This document shows, piece after piece, positions 36,267 through 49,892 of a DNA stretch of 64,000 nt (position 1 is the stretch's first letter; each line of letters opens with the position of its first letter). The DNA comes from Phyllosticta citribraziliensis (taxonomy: Eukaryota): NCBI RefSeq assembly GCF_038025025.1, contig NW_027117340.1, forward strand, positions 2,418,001 through 2,482,000, read 5' to 3'. A program made the position numbers and the translations under genes. A model generated the notes under the pieces. That model searched no databases. It worked only from the letters and a program-made list of their open reading frames with translations, and was not told the origin of the DNA.

Positions 36267-37059
36267 ATGGGTCGCGAACTGCAGAAACGCAAGAACCGCT
36301 CGTCAATCGCCAAAAAGCGCCAAAAGCCAAAGTCCAAGAAGAAGATATTGAGCAACCCCATCATCGCCGCAAACTGGTATGTCACGCCCCAAAGAAAAGA
36401 AGATTCTTCTTTCTTCGCACACACGGCAACACAACCTCGCTGACCACCGCTGCTCCAGGAACCAAAATGAGACTCTCACGCAGAACTACCGTCGCCTGGG
36501 CTTGAGCACCAAGTTGAACCGCGTGACCGGCGGCACCGAGCGCACAGCCAAAACGGACAACCCTGGAACCGCACCCCTCGCCCTCAACCCCAAGGCCGCA
36601 GCGGCCGCGCCAGAAACTCAAGAAGCACGCATCGAGCGCGACCCGGAGACAGGCGAGGTGCGCATCGTCGACGACGGCAGCAACAAGGCGCGGGCGAATC
36701 CACTCAACGACCCGCTCAACGACCTCGACCCGGACGACGAGGAAGAGTGGCACGGCATCAGCGAGCAGCACTCGCTGCCGCAAAAGACGAAAAGGGACGG
36801 CAACAGCGCCGCCGCCTCGTCGGGCCACAATGGCAACACGGTGATTGCGCAGCTGGAGGCCGTCGCGGCGTCCGGGGAGCGCAAGGCGCCGCGCAAGCAG
36901 TCGGAGCGCGAGCAGGAGTGGGTCGCACGGTTGGTGGCCAAGTACGGCGACGACTATGCGCGGATGAGCAGGGACGCGAAGCTCAACCCGATGCAGCAGA
37001 GCGAGGGCGACATCAAGAGGAGGGTGGCGCGATGGAAGGCTGCCGCTCAAGGCCAGTAG
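36267..37059 (+). CDS. NOP16: Nucleolar protein 16 (60S biogenesis); intron 36377-36458
   Basis: MGRELQKRKNRSS...NPIIAANW|NQNETLTQNYRRLGL, NPLNDPL and RKQSEREQEWVARLVAKYGDDYARMSRDAKLNPMQQSEGDIKRR. Confidence 0.93.
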
Positions 37060-37559
37060 GCCACTCAACTGCCAGACCGGAGACATAAGAGGGGGGCGAA
37101 AGGGAACCCGCATCATCACGATGCGAACGGCTGTCGTGTCTGGCCCTTTTTTAAAGTTTGCGCGAGCATGCTGCTGTGTGCGTTTTGGAGCAGCACCCAT
37201 GTATGTTGCTGTACTCGGCCTGCCTGCAAGCAAGCAAGCATGTCAGCAGAACACAGGGCACGAACGCTCACATACACCAGACATCAGCACGCACAAACCA
37301 CAGCGCAATGGGTTGCAAGGGCACGGAATGGCGTTTACTCGGCGCATCGGGAGTTGTCATGTGTAAAATCTTCGATCCATCAATCAATCCTCGGGGGATT
37401 AGTCATTCAACGGCCAAGAGTCCCAGGTCGCGAGCAGCAGCAGCGGCCATGGGACGGACCACCTCAGCTAGGCAACGTAGCAAATCCGCATGTACTGATA
37501 TGCGGTCATGCATGGAACGGAGGTCCAGAAATCCAAGAGTTTCAAACTGCTGCCATAGG

Positions 37560-38840
37560 TAACGGTCTGTCAAAACCCCTACTAAATCATACACGCTTTT
37601 ACTACTGCTCTAACAGTTATTAATATTCATCATATGCTTTATATCCTACCTATATTTTTTTTTAGGACATAATCTTAATCTACCCTCCTACCCTCCTAAT
37701 TTATTACTATCTATACTCTTAAACTAAATCTACCCTCCTATAAATTATATAAGTAAGGGGGCCTATAAGTAGTAAAATTTTTACTATTCTCTTATATTAT
37801 AATCTACCTCCTAGTATTTTATAAAATCTTATTAACTTTTTTAATACTACTCTTACTACCTTATTATTACCTTACCCCTATCTTTTAAGATACTCCTACC
37901 TATTAGAACTTTATACTTTATTATAAATAAAGTAAAGGAGGCTATCCTCCTTACTATTATATTTATAGACTAATCCTAGAAGCCTATTAATAATAATAAT
38001 AAATACTATTAGGCTACCTTCTATATCTTTAATAAGAACTATTATAGTTTCTATATTTATATCTCTTACTATTAAACTAATAGCCTAGTTTATATATATA
38101 CTATAAATAGGTATATATACCCTCCCTCTACCTATATTAGGTCTAAGTAGGTTAAGTAAACTAAGTACTTAATATAGGTATTAAAGAAGTATATTATAGG
38201 TAATTTAAAGGTTAAAGCTAAGATAATCTATTTAATATACTAGATCTTTACTAGATAGAGTATTTCTTAATAGTAGATAAGATATACTCTTACTATAATT
38301 TAAAAGATACTTAATAGTAGTAAGGATATTAGCTTTTATAAGATTAGGTATCTATTTAAGTAGATTTATTAATTAATAGTCCTTAATAATAAGCTCTAAG
38401 CTAAACTTAAAAATAATACCTTTACTATTTATAAAATAAAGTAGTACCTTAATAGAACCTACTTTTTCTACTATTTTATTATACCTATAGGCTATTAATA
38501 AGCTCTCCTTTAAACTATACTAACTTTAATAATTAATTTAACCTTCTTAAAGAGCTAGTATAGTATATATCTCTTTATTACTACTATAAAGGACTTTAAT
38601 AATAAACTACTTCCTATTATTTAAGGAGTATATCCTATTAAGGATAAGCTATTTTAAGACTGTTTTTATAAATATCTATAATATATACTCTAGTTTTAGG
38701 ATATTCTATTAAAATAGGAGAATAATATAAATATTATAATTATTAGTAACTATAACTCTAGATTATTTAAGGCTATTAAGAAGTACCTTATTATTATAAG
38801 TTTAGTTAGGATATCTTTTCTTAAGTCTAAATTATATTAT
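37560..38840 (+). mobile_element. RIP-degenerate Mutator-like (MULE) DNA transposon, 5' part, truncated by a Gypsy insertion; ends approximate
   Basis: One plus frame reads II[N>D]LTFLKS*YSIYLFITTIKDFNNKLLPII*GVYPIKDKLF*DCF (38529-38670), then IIIS[N>D]YNSRLFKAIKKYL (38736-38790). This matches the MULE lDgTfLks.y...L..a...D.n....PlAw...E....W.wF ... iiSDrd.GL..Av pattern, with the two catalytic D positions 71 codons apart. Confidence 0.72.
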
Positions 38841-41800
38841 TATTATTTTTATCTTAGCCCTAGGGCCCTACTTATTCTTATCTACTTACTTATACTGCTA
38901 AGCCTACTAGCTAGTGCCTGCCTTACTTATCTAAGGTATCCCTAACTATCTATAGACTATAATAGTAGTAGCTAAAAAAAGGAGTTATCCTTAACTTAGA
39001 ATTTACTATCCTCCTCTACCTATTAAGAAATATTCCCCTTCTAGGATAAGTAAGGAAAGAAAAGGAAAATTAGAAAGAAAGAATAAAATAGGTCTATACT
39101 AGGATGTATTTAGTTACTAGTATCCTTATCTTTATCTATATTAGACTAGTCCTTACTACCTATTATATTATTATCTTAAGGTAGGGCTAATAACTAGATA
39201 AGGAGGTTTTTTTATATATTAGTACTATAACTACTTTTACCTTCTCCTAGTATAGGTATATAATATATAGTAATACCTATATCTATATAGAAATTAGGGT
39301 AAAGGTATCCTAAGGGAATATAGCCTATAAACTAATTAGTAAACCTAATATTAGTACCTAGGAATTATTACTCTAGGCTATCTATATCCTATAATATATA
39401 TAATATAAGTAGTTATAGGGTAAGTAGTCTAGTAATCTATATATATTCTAGAGGATCCTCCCTAATATATTAGATTAAGTAGTTTAATCCTATATAGAAA
39501 GTAAGGTTATTAACTAGTATAGGAGTAATAAACTTATTAGGGATAATTCCTCTAATAATAAGGTATATAGCTTAGTAAGGGTCTATTATAAGGAGTATAG
39601 CTATTAGGTCTATATATTAGTAGAGAGAGCCTACTTCCCCTAAGTTAGAGTATTAATATACTATATAGCTTATTAAGTACTCTAGAGAAGTAGCTATACT
39701 TAGACTAGTAATATTATCTTAATTAGTAGGACTATCCTTAGGGATTAAGGGGTTCTTTATACTAGTATTAGATCTAGTATACTTACTATTATTATTAGGT
39801 TTACCTAAAAGTAGCTTATTCTAAGTTATAAGTAGGGTATTATTAGTATCTACTATAAATATAGTATAGTTAGGGTAGTCTAGGTAAACCTATAGAGTAA
39901 GCTTATTTAGGCCTTTAGATTTTATATCCTATAATATTATATCCTTATTAGGAGGGGGTATATCTTAAAGTATTTCTATAAGCTCTACCTTATTATTATT
40001 AATAGGACTATTATATTAGTACTAATCTACTCCTACTCTAGGAGTATAGAACCTAGTACCTATAGACTACTTATTCCTATTTTTTATAAGGGTAGTAGTA
40101 AATATATAGAGCTCTACTAATAGTATATTACCTCTTATTATATAGTCTATTATAAGAGTATAATAGCCTACTCTATTCTATATTTCTTACTTATAAAGGT
40201 GCTACTTTATACCCTTAGGGACTAGGATATCTTTATATATAGAGAAAAGTAGTCTATTATAACTATAGATAGTAAGGCCTCCTATTATCTAGGGGTATAT
40301 CTTATTAATATTAGGGTTATTAGGCTTCTTCCTACTAATATACTTATTATAGCCTTCCCTACTAATAAGTCTATACTACCCTATAAGTATTATATACTAG
40401 ATCTTACTATTCTTATCTTAGTAGTATAAGGCCTATCTATTAGGGTAATAATATAGGTTTAGCCCTCTATCTTTATAGTAAAATAACTAGAGTTAGTAGA
40501 GATTATAGAACTTAAGATCTATTATTACTTAATAAGCTAAGTAGTAGAGGGTGCCTATTATTATAGAGGATAGGCTTATACTAGGTAGGGGAAGGTACTA
40601 ATCTTTAATAAATATACCTAAAATATAGTTAATAATAGGAAAGTTACTAGTATCTATAAGGAATATAGTATCCTAATCCTATTTATACTCTATAAAAGTC
40701 TTAGGGTTATAGAATAGATAGTATATACTTTCCTTTAGGAATAACTAGTCTTCTATTTTATCTTAGGGACTAATTACTACTAGTTTATTTAGTATAATAT
40801 TAGGCGCGCCCCTTAGTTTCTTTAATTATATAGTAATATTTAGTATACTAGTAGTCTTCCCTATTTTCTTTATCTTCTATAGTATAGCTAGTCCCTTAGG
40901 GTCTACCCTTTCTTTTCTCTACCTTAGTATTAGGGTGTTTAGGAATTCCTTTCCTAAATCTATATTATTATTAGGAACTTAGGGTATATATTAAATTATA
41001 GTTATAATAATTTTATTAGTATTATAGGAAGTATTAGTAAGTTAGTAGATTTACTTTCTAATAGCTAAATTCTAGGCCTATAGGTCTATATTAGTAATAT
41101 CTACTATTTTATAGCTTACCTTAACCTATAGAGTTACTTTAATTATACTAAAACTAGGAGGTATCTATATTAGGTAAGAAGCTAGTATTCCTATACTAAG
41201 AAGGCTTATAGCTAGGTTAGGGGTAAGACTAGGTTAAGGTATAGTTTCTAGTAAGAAGGTAGGTATCTATTATCTCTTATCCTTAGTATCCTTCTTTAAT
41301 TCTTTAGTAGTAAAGTACTTATACTTATTATTATAATTAGTATTATACTTTCTTATATATATTTCTAGTATACTACTATCTTTATTATCTTAGTAGAAGC
41401 TATAGGTCTAGTATCCTAAGCCTCTAGCCCCTAATATACTATATCCCTGTATAGTTATAGAGGTAGGAGGTAGTATATTTATTATTAGTATATTTACTAT
41501 CTATATTATAGTGCTAGTATATAGGATAGTCTTAAAAGGGTCTACTATCTCTTTATTATTAGTAACTTAGTTTAGTATATCCTGTTATAAATACTTACTA
41601 GTATTAGGAGAGAAGTGGTTATTCTATACTTCTATTCTAGGGATGGTATTATTTTACTTAAGGGTAGGTATACTATTACTAGTAGTAGGGGTATTATTTA
41701 GTATTATATCTGCTAGGGGAACTATACCTATATTAGGTACTATATTATAGTTATTATATAAAAGGTTTTACTATTCTTATAGGTTAGTAATATTTATTAG

Positions 41801-44020
41801 GGTAGTACTAGTAAGTCTATTCCTATTATAGTCTAAAGGCTAACTATATTAGTCTCTTAGGTAGTTTATATATTTATATTATAGATAAGGTTATATAGTA
41901 AGGTTAGTATAGGGTTATAAGTTAATATCCTATAGGGCCTAGTATTAATTAGGTATATATACTATAGCTAGTACTAGTTACCCTACTAATATATAGCCCT
42001 CTTCTTACTTAGTAATACTTATATATATAAAATATTTTTAGTAGTAATGTCCTTATAGGCCTCCCTTTATTAGAAGGTACTTAGGTATACTATATTAGCT
42101 CCCTCTATAAGGTAGGTACTAACTTAGTACTCTTCTCTAATAGTTTAGGATTTCTTCTCCTTATTCTTTATACCTAGTAGATAACCTTACTACTTTAATA
42201 CTATAGGAATAGCTATTTCTAGTAGTATATATAGTAGTTTATTATATAATAGCTTATCCTATAATAATTTATTATATACCTTAGTAGGTAGTAGCTTATC
42301 TATATTATTATTTTCCTTTAGGTCCCTAGGTATAATAGTAGTATATTAAGGTAGTCCTAGTTTCTATTAAGGCCTATACTAGTCTAGCTTTACTATTATC
42401 TCTTTATTTAACCTTATATTATATTCTTTAATAAGATCTATTACTCCTTCTAAATTATCTAAGTTATACTATACTTAATACTATAGCCCCTAGCCTTTCT
42501 AGTTAATTAAGTATTATAGTTTCCTAGTCCTATAATATTTATACCTATCTACTAAGTATAAGATTTTATACTTAGGTACTAGCTTATTAGTATTAATAAT
42601 AGGTCCTAGCTCTAATATAGTATTATACTTAAAAGGGTTAGGACTATCCTTTTCCTTTTCTAATTAGGAGATATTAATAACTAGATAAATCCTTAAGCTA
42701 CTAGGGATAGCTAGTTTATAAGCTTATATACTAACTACTTATATTACCTTATAAGGTCTAGTATATATATTCTAGAGTTTCTATAGTAGATTACTATATA
42801 CCTTATAATTATAGTATAATTATAGATATACTTTATCCCCTAGTTTAAACCTAACTAGATAGTATTTACTATTATATTACTCCTTTTATACTATTACTAT
42901 AAAAGTGAGGGCTTCTTAGGCTTTAGTATAGTAGTTTAAATAAAGGGTTTTTAAGTCTATATCCTTAGTAGATTCTACCTAGTTATACCTATTATCTTAT
43001 AGGTTAAATCTATATAAGATTTTATAGGGGGTATATCCTATTAAGGTATTTTAGAAAGAATTTATAGTCCCCTAAATATAAGGGAGAGTATCTACCTAAC
43101 TCTAATTAGGATTAGCTATAATAAAGAACTATAGAGTAATTTCTATTATCTAGTTAGTATACTTACTTTACCTATCTATCTAGGGATAGTAAGTAGTAGT
43201 AGTATTTAGGTTAATTTTTATTATCTTAAAAATACTACTTATAAATTACCCTAACTAATAGGAATCCTAGTCTATAATTATAATAGAAGGTAGACCCTAC
43301 CTATATCTATAGAGTTCCTTAAACTATAAACCTCCCTAATTACCTATAGTCTAGGTCTCTTAACTAGGGATTAATAAGATTACTTTAGAAAATTTATAAG
43401 TTATAATTAGAAGTATATTAAAACCCCCTTTACTATATATAGGTAGCTTAGTAATAAAATTAATATATATAATAAAGAAGGGGACCTTTACTACTATAAT
43501 AGGGACTATTAACCTATTAGGTTTATATTAAGGTATTTAGTTAATATAATAGTTAGAATAGTAATTAATATATACCTATACCTACTAGTATAGGTACCTT
43601 ATATAGTAGTAAGTATAAATATAATCTATATATTAGTCTACACCTTAATAGAAATACTAATTATATACTTATTTAAATACCACTTACTTATAGCTTTAGG
43701 GAATATATAGCTATTCTTACTAGTCTCCTAAGTAGTCTATAAAGTAGATTAGCCCTTTCTATAGAAAGAAGTATAAACTAGGAACTAGTCCTTTATAGGT
43801 ACCCTTATTTTCTTCTATATTAGTAAGGGGAATAGGCTTAGCTCCCCTAGTAGGGGCTAGTATTACTAGTTTAGTAGTTATAAGGGACTATAATCCTATA
43901 GGTATAGGGTTCCTACTAGTAGGTTAATTTATAGTTATCTTAGGGCTTACTAGTCTATAGTTATATTCCTACTACTACTTAAGGGCCTACTCTAAAATAT
44001 AGAGTACCTTTACCTATTAT
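38840..44020 (-). mobile_element. Ty3/Gypsy chromovirus 'Gypsy-1', 3' portion (integrase, chromodomain, ~3 kb 3' region, probable 3' LTR); boundaries approximate
   Basis: De-RIP minus-strand motifs: RLCIP..VFEQAHDQHFHQG (~43640-43720), TTAYHPQxDGQSERTNQTVEIALRFF (~43125-43205) and chromodomain LQYLINWKGWGPQH (~42475-42520). No RNase H/RT motif seen immediately upstream of ~44020. Confidence 0.8.
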
Positions 44021-44021
44021 A

Positions 44022-47000
44022 TATCAGCACCATATACTATATAGAGCTCTTACTTAAATCTATTAGAGAGCTCTACTAATACTATATAGAAGTAAGTAGT
44101 AGTATTACCCCCTTCTAAGGTATACCAAACTAGGTCCTTATTATTAGGGAATTCTATACTATTAAGGGTATTATCTACATCTATAGTTACCTTAGTATAA
44201 CTTATCCTATAGACAGGTATATAAGCTAAATATATCTTGATTAGACTAACTACCCTAGCTAGGGCTAGGGGCTAACTATATAGGCCAGGGCCCCTACCTA
44301 TACTAGGGCCACTACCCTAAATATACTAGGCGCTAAGTAAAGATACATAGATATATAATAAAATAGTAGCTATATACTAGTAATATCCTTATTATAAAGT
44401 CTAGTTATCCTCCTATATATAAAACTCTAGTTTCCCTATTAAGCCTAAGTAGTCTAATACTTTATAGGGCTAATTATTAGGTGTCTAATATAGAATATTA
44501 GTAATACTAATATTAGGGGCTATAAGACTTACCTATTTAGCAGGGTAATTAGTAGTATAGTTAATATTAGTTTTATACTATTATTAATTATTAAGGAGCT
44601 TAGTAAGTAGGTTATTCTAAGCCTTAGAGTTAATATTATTATTAGTAGGTAGGATATAGATATACTAAATATTAATATTATAGTCCTCCTAGAAAGTCTA
44701 GGGTAGTAGTCTATATATAACTATAAAAGCTACCTATACTACTATACCATTACTAATACTAATATTAAAACCCTTAATAAAAGCCTTAGACTTAGTAAGG
44801 TAGTAGTAGTAGACTAAGGGTATATACCTTAGGTATATAAGCTAGTTATCCTTATACTAAAGGGGGTTATAGTCTAGGAGTAGGGTAATATAGTAACCTA
44901 TACTAAGTTTAAATTATAATATAGAGATAATTATCTTATTCTAAGAAGCTTAGGTAAGGAGACTACCTAGGATTAGGTAAGTAACTATAGTAGGGTCTAT
45001 AATACTTAATAGTATAGGGATATTATACTCTATCTATAGGGTATAGGTCCTAATACCTATAATTTTAGGGTTTCTTATTATTAGGTAATTATAGATCCTG
45101 GTTAGTATAGCTTTATTATTATTAAACCTAGTAGTAAAGTAGTTATTAGGTACCTTAGGTATAACTATACCCTAACTTATATAGGTAGGGCTACTACTAG
45201 CTATATAGTAGGCTTCTTCTTATATAAGGAATATAGTAGCTTATATATTAGCTTTATTATTAGCCTACTTATTCTATTAGTATATCTCTTATAATATCTC
45301 TTTAGGGATATAATTAAGCTAGCTACTATAGGTGCCTAAAATAGCTATAAGGTAGTTAGGTTATACTTCTAGTATATCCTTACTATATATCTTAAGGAAA
45401 TTAGGGTCCCTTATAATATTACTAGTATCCTCTAGGGTAATATTAGGTAAAGTATATAAGTAGTAGATAAAGTCCTTATCTTTTATAGGGACTACTAGGG
45501 CCTACTAGTTCTTTCTATTACCTATCTAAGGGGTATAGTACTTATTACTAATAATAAACTCTCTATCCTTTTCTATTAGGTACTTTATAAACTTCTAGAG
45601 CTATAGTATTAAGAACTAGTAAAAGTTAGTAGGGTCTAATATTAGTAGATAGAATTATAGTTCTATAGGGAAAATTAAGTATATATAATCTAATATAAAT
45701 TTAGGGACCTTAAAGGTATAGTCTAGGATTAGAAGTAGACTATAGTACTTATATAAGTTAACTATAATAGTATACTATAGGGTAGTAGAGTTAATATCTA
45801 GGTCCCCTTCCTTCTTATAGCCTAGGAACTATTAGTAACCCTAGTCTCTATAAAATAAGTATCTACCTAGCTTAGTAAGATAGCTAAAATAGACCTATCC
45901 CTACTTATTAATAATTAGTAAACTAAAACCTATAGGGTAATATAGTCTATTTATACTACCTTTTATAAGGAAATAGGGATATAGGCTCTTAGTATTATAG
46001 TCCTTAAGATTATAACTAGTATAGTAAAGCTAAATAACTATTAGGAGTATAGTAATAAGTTAACTAAATAAATAGACTCCTTTTAGTAGTAAGGTATTAT
46101 TATAGATAATATAGTAATAGGCCCCTATATACTTAAAAAGTAGCTATTTATAGGTATCCTAGAGGAAGTAACCCTTTCTATAGTTAGAGGGTTTAAAGGT
46201 ATTAATATTATATAGCTTTAGCTTCTATAACTCCTTTAGGTATATCTAGTTACTAGCTATAGTTAATCTTACCTTACCTTTACTAGGGTTATTATTATTA
46301 TCTCTATTAAGTATTAAGGTATTATTATCTATAGTACTATATTTATTAATATTATAGGTAGCTCTACCCTTACCCTTATAGTAGGTTATAACTAGGGCCT
46401 TATTATTACTAGATATTAGGATAAACCCTGCTACTTTATTAGTATCTAGTATAATAGGGGCCTTTCTAGTTAGCTTAAGAAGCTATTTATACTCTAAGGG
46501 AGTAGTTATAGCTATTAGTAAAGTATTATTTAATTAGTTTCTATTATGGTCTAGGGGCTAGCTACTATTCTTCTTTATATTAGGGGTCTTACCTCTACTA
46601 CTTTATCCTATAACTATAACCTCCTCCTTATTACTTTCCTTAGTATTATTACTTTAAGTATATTAGGGTTACTTAGTAATAGTAGGTAAGCTACTTATAG
46701 GTGTACCCTACTTAGTTATTATTAGTATTTCTAATAGGAGTAGGAGTAAAGATATACTTCTAGGTATCTCTAGGGGTATAACTATAGCCTTTAGTATAGT
46801 ACCCTTAGGTTTAGTTAGTATAGCTAGGGGTGAGTCTATAGTACTACCTTTAGTACCTTTCTTTAGCTTTATAGTATAATAAGGAACTATATTAAGTAAG
46901 TTAGGCTTATTAGCCTTAGTTAAGTAGGTAAAGTATTAGGTACTAATACCTTTAGTAGCTAAGGTGGTTACTAATATACTAGGGGTGCCTTTCTTCTTTA

Positions 47001-47600
47001 GGGGTATAGTATAAAGGATAGTATATAGTATAAGTTAGAGGGTATACTAGTTATAAGGGTAGGTTAATAGTATAGTAAAGATTAGCTATATACTAAAATA
47101 GTAGATCCTAGGTTAGTAGGTACTAAGTCCTAAATAGTCTTAGATTAAAATAACTAACTTAGGAAAATCTATTTAGCCCTCTATATTACTTATATATCCT
47201 CTATACCCCTCTAAATAAAGGAATAAAATAAAGAAACTCCCTTATAACTCTATTATTCTTTATTATCTACTATTCCTTCTATTAAATAAAGGAAACTATT
47301 ACTCTCCCTATTATATAGAGGGGTAATTACTATATAAACTATAATATAAAATAATAATAGGAAATAAGGAAGAATAGGAATACTAATACTAACTATACTA
47401 TATTTATAAATACTATAGGCTAAGGGCCTTTATATAGGGGGGATTACTACTAAAGGGCTAGAGTACCTAGCCTAGGAATAGGTTTAGTAGCTACCCTATA
47501 GCTTAGTAGTATCCTTACTATTAGCTAGGATATAATTATTAGTAGGGCACATAACTATAGTATATACTAGTAGTTTTAGTATATATAGTAGTTATCTTCT
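44022..47600. mobile_element. RIP-degenerate TE-derived segment, probably the 3' region/LTR of Gypsy-2; not resolved
   Basis: Begins with less-mutated TATCAGCACC (TGTCAG-like terminus). No gag/pol motif recognised. Lies directly 3' (minus sense) of the Gypsy-2 chromodomain. Confidence 0.4.
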
Positions 47601-47734
47601 TATAGAGTATAGGGTGGTACTAGTCTTAAGTCTTTTATTATACTCTTTAATAAGATCTATAGTATTTTTAAGGTTATTAATATTATACTAGACTTAATAC
47701 TAAGGGCCATAGCCCCTCTATTTAACTAAGTACT

Positions 47735-49892
47735 AGAGCTACTTTATAAAGGGGTTATATTAGTAGTCTAATAAGGTTTTAATTTTATACTTAGGGGCTA
47801 GGTTATTAATATTTACTATAGGTATAGGGTCTAGAGGTACTTAGTAACTATAAGGGTTATTAGTAGGATTATACTTAAGTTAGCTAACTAATATAATAGG
47901 GTAGATTTTTATTAGCTCTAGGAGGTTAAGCTTATATACTAAGGGGCCTATAACTCTCTTTACTTAGTAAGGCCCTATTCTTAGTAGTTATAGCTTTTTT
48001 AGTAGGTTACTATAAACCTTATACCTAAAATATAGGTATAGGAGTACCTTATCTCTAACCTTAAACTAGACTAGCTTATAGTAGGAGTTATAGTACTCCT
48101 TCTAGATAATAGTAGTAAAAGCTAGGGCTTCCTAGGCTTCTATTTAGTACTAGGTATATAGTACCTTAGTATTAATATCCCTTATACTCTTAAGATTACT
48201 GAATATAGTAGTCTATAGGTTAAAGCTATATAGAATCTTATATAGTATATACCTAGTAGATATATTATAGGATATATTTATTATCCCTTATATATAGGGA
48301 AGTGCGTCTATCTATATATAATTAGGATTAGTAAATATAAAATAATATATTATATATTCTACTATCTAGTTAGTATATTTAGACTATCTATTAGCCTATA
48401 GGTAATATACTATAGTACTATAGAATTATACCTTTAGTATTATAAAAACTTATATAATAAATTTAGATAGCTATTTTATATCTTAGTCTAAGATTAATAT
48501 ACTAGGTAGGCCCTAGCTATAATTATATAGGTCCTTAAACTAAACTAAGGCCTATTACCTAGTAGTCTATATCTCTAGCCCTAGGGTGAGTAAGATTACT
48601 TTAGAGAACTTATATATAGTAGTAAGGAGGCTATTAAAACTACTATCTATAATAGCTAGGAGCTTTATAATAAAATTAGTATATAATATAAAGAAGGGGA
48701 TCTTAACTATAGTAATTAGTATTAAGCTACTATAAGGGTGGTGCTATTTAGTAGTTACATACTTATAGTTAGGGCAATTTTCTATATATAAGCACAGCCG
48801 CTTGCGTAACTAGGGAGCCGCTTTATAAAGGGGTTATATTAGTGGTCTAGTAAGGTTTTAATTTTATACTTAGGGGCTAGGTTATTAATATTTACTATAG
48901 GTACAGGGTCTAGAGGTACTTAGTAACTATAAGGGTTATTAGTAGGATTATACTTAAGTTAGCTAACTAATATAATAAGGTAGATTTTTATTAGCTCTAG
49001 GAGGTTAAGCTTATATACTAAGGGGCCTATAACTCTCTTTACTTAGTAAGGCCCTATTCTTAGTAGTTATAGCTTTTTTAGTAGGTTACTATAAACCTTA
49101 TATCTAAAATATAGGTATAGGAGTACCTTATCTCTAACCTTAAACTAGACTAGCTTATAGTAGGAGTTATAGTACTTCTTCTAGGTAATAGTAGTAAAAG
49201 CTAGGGCTTCTTAGGCTTCTACCTAGTACTAGGTATATAGTACCTTAGTATTAATATCCCTTATACTCTTAAGATTACTAAATATGGTAGTCTATAGGTT
49301 AAAGCTATATAGAATCTTATATAGTATATACCTAGTAGATATATTATAGGATATATTTATTATCCCTTATATATAGGGAAGTATATCTATCTATATATAA
49401 TTAGGATTAGTAAATATAAAATAATATATTATATATTCTACTATCTAGTTAGTATATTTAGACTATCTATTAGCCTATAGGTAATATACTATAGTACTAT
49501 AGAATTATACCTTTAGTATTATAAAAACTTATATAATAAATTTAGATAGCTATTTTATATCCTAGTCTAAGATTAATATACTAGGTAGGCCCTAGCTATA
49601 ACTATATAGGTCCTTAAACTAAACTAAGGCCTATTATCTAGTAGTCTATATCTCTAGCCCTAGGGTAAGTAAGATTACTTTAGAGAACTTATATATAGTA
49701 GTAAGGAGGCTATTAAAACTACTATCTATAATAGCTAGGAGCTTTATAATAAAATTAGTATATAATATAAAGAAGGGGATCTTAACTATGGTAATTAGTA
49801 TTAAGCTACTATAAGGGTGGTGCTGTTTAGTGGTTATATACTTATAGTTAGGGTAATTTTCTATATATAAGTATAGCCGCTTATATAACTGG
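47735..49892. repeat. Tandem duplication, 2 x 1079 bp (47735-48813, 48814-49892), within Gypsy-2 integrase
   Basis: Near-identical sequence at offset 1079 (e.g. CTTTATAAAGGGGTTATATTAGT at 47742 and 48821). Differences seen are transitions. Confidence 0.95.

Noticed and set aside
36382..37233. 283-aa minus-strand ORF over NOP16
   Set aside because: Antisense shadow of a high-GC gene.
37654..37663. Short T-run as a LINE poly(A) tail
   Set aside because: Adjacent coding remnants are MULE-like on the plus strand, and no LINE RT/endonuclease motifs were seen.
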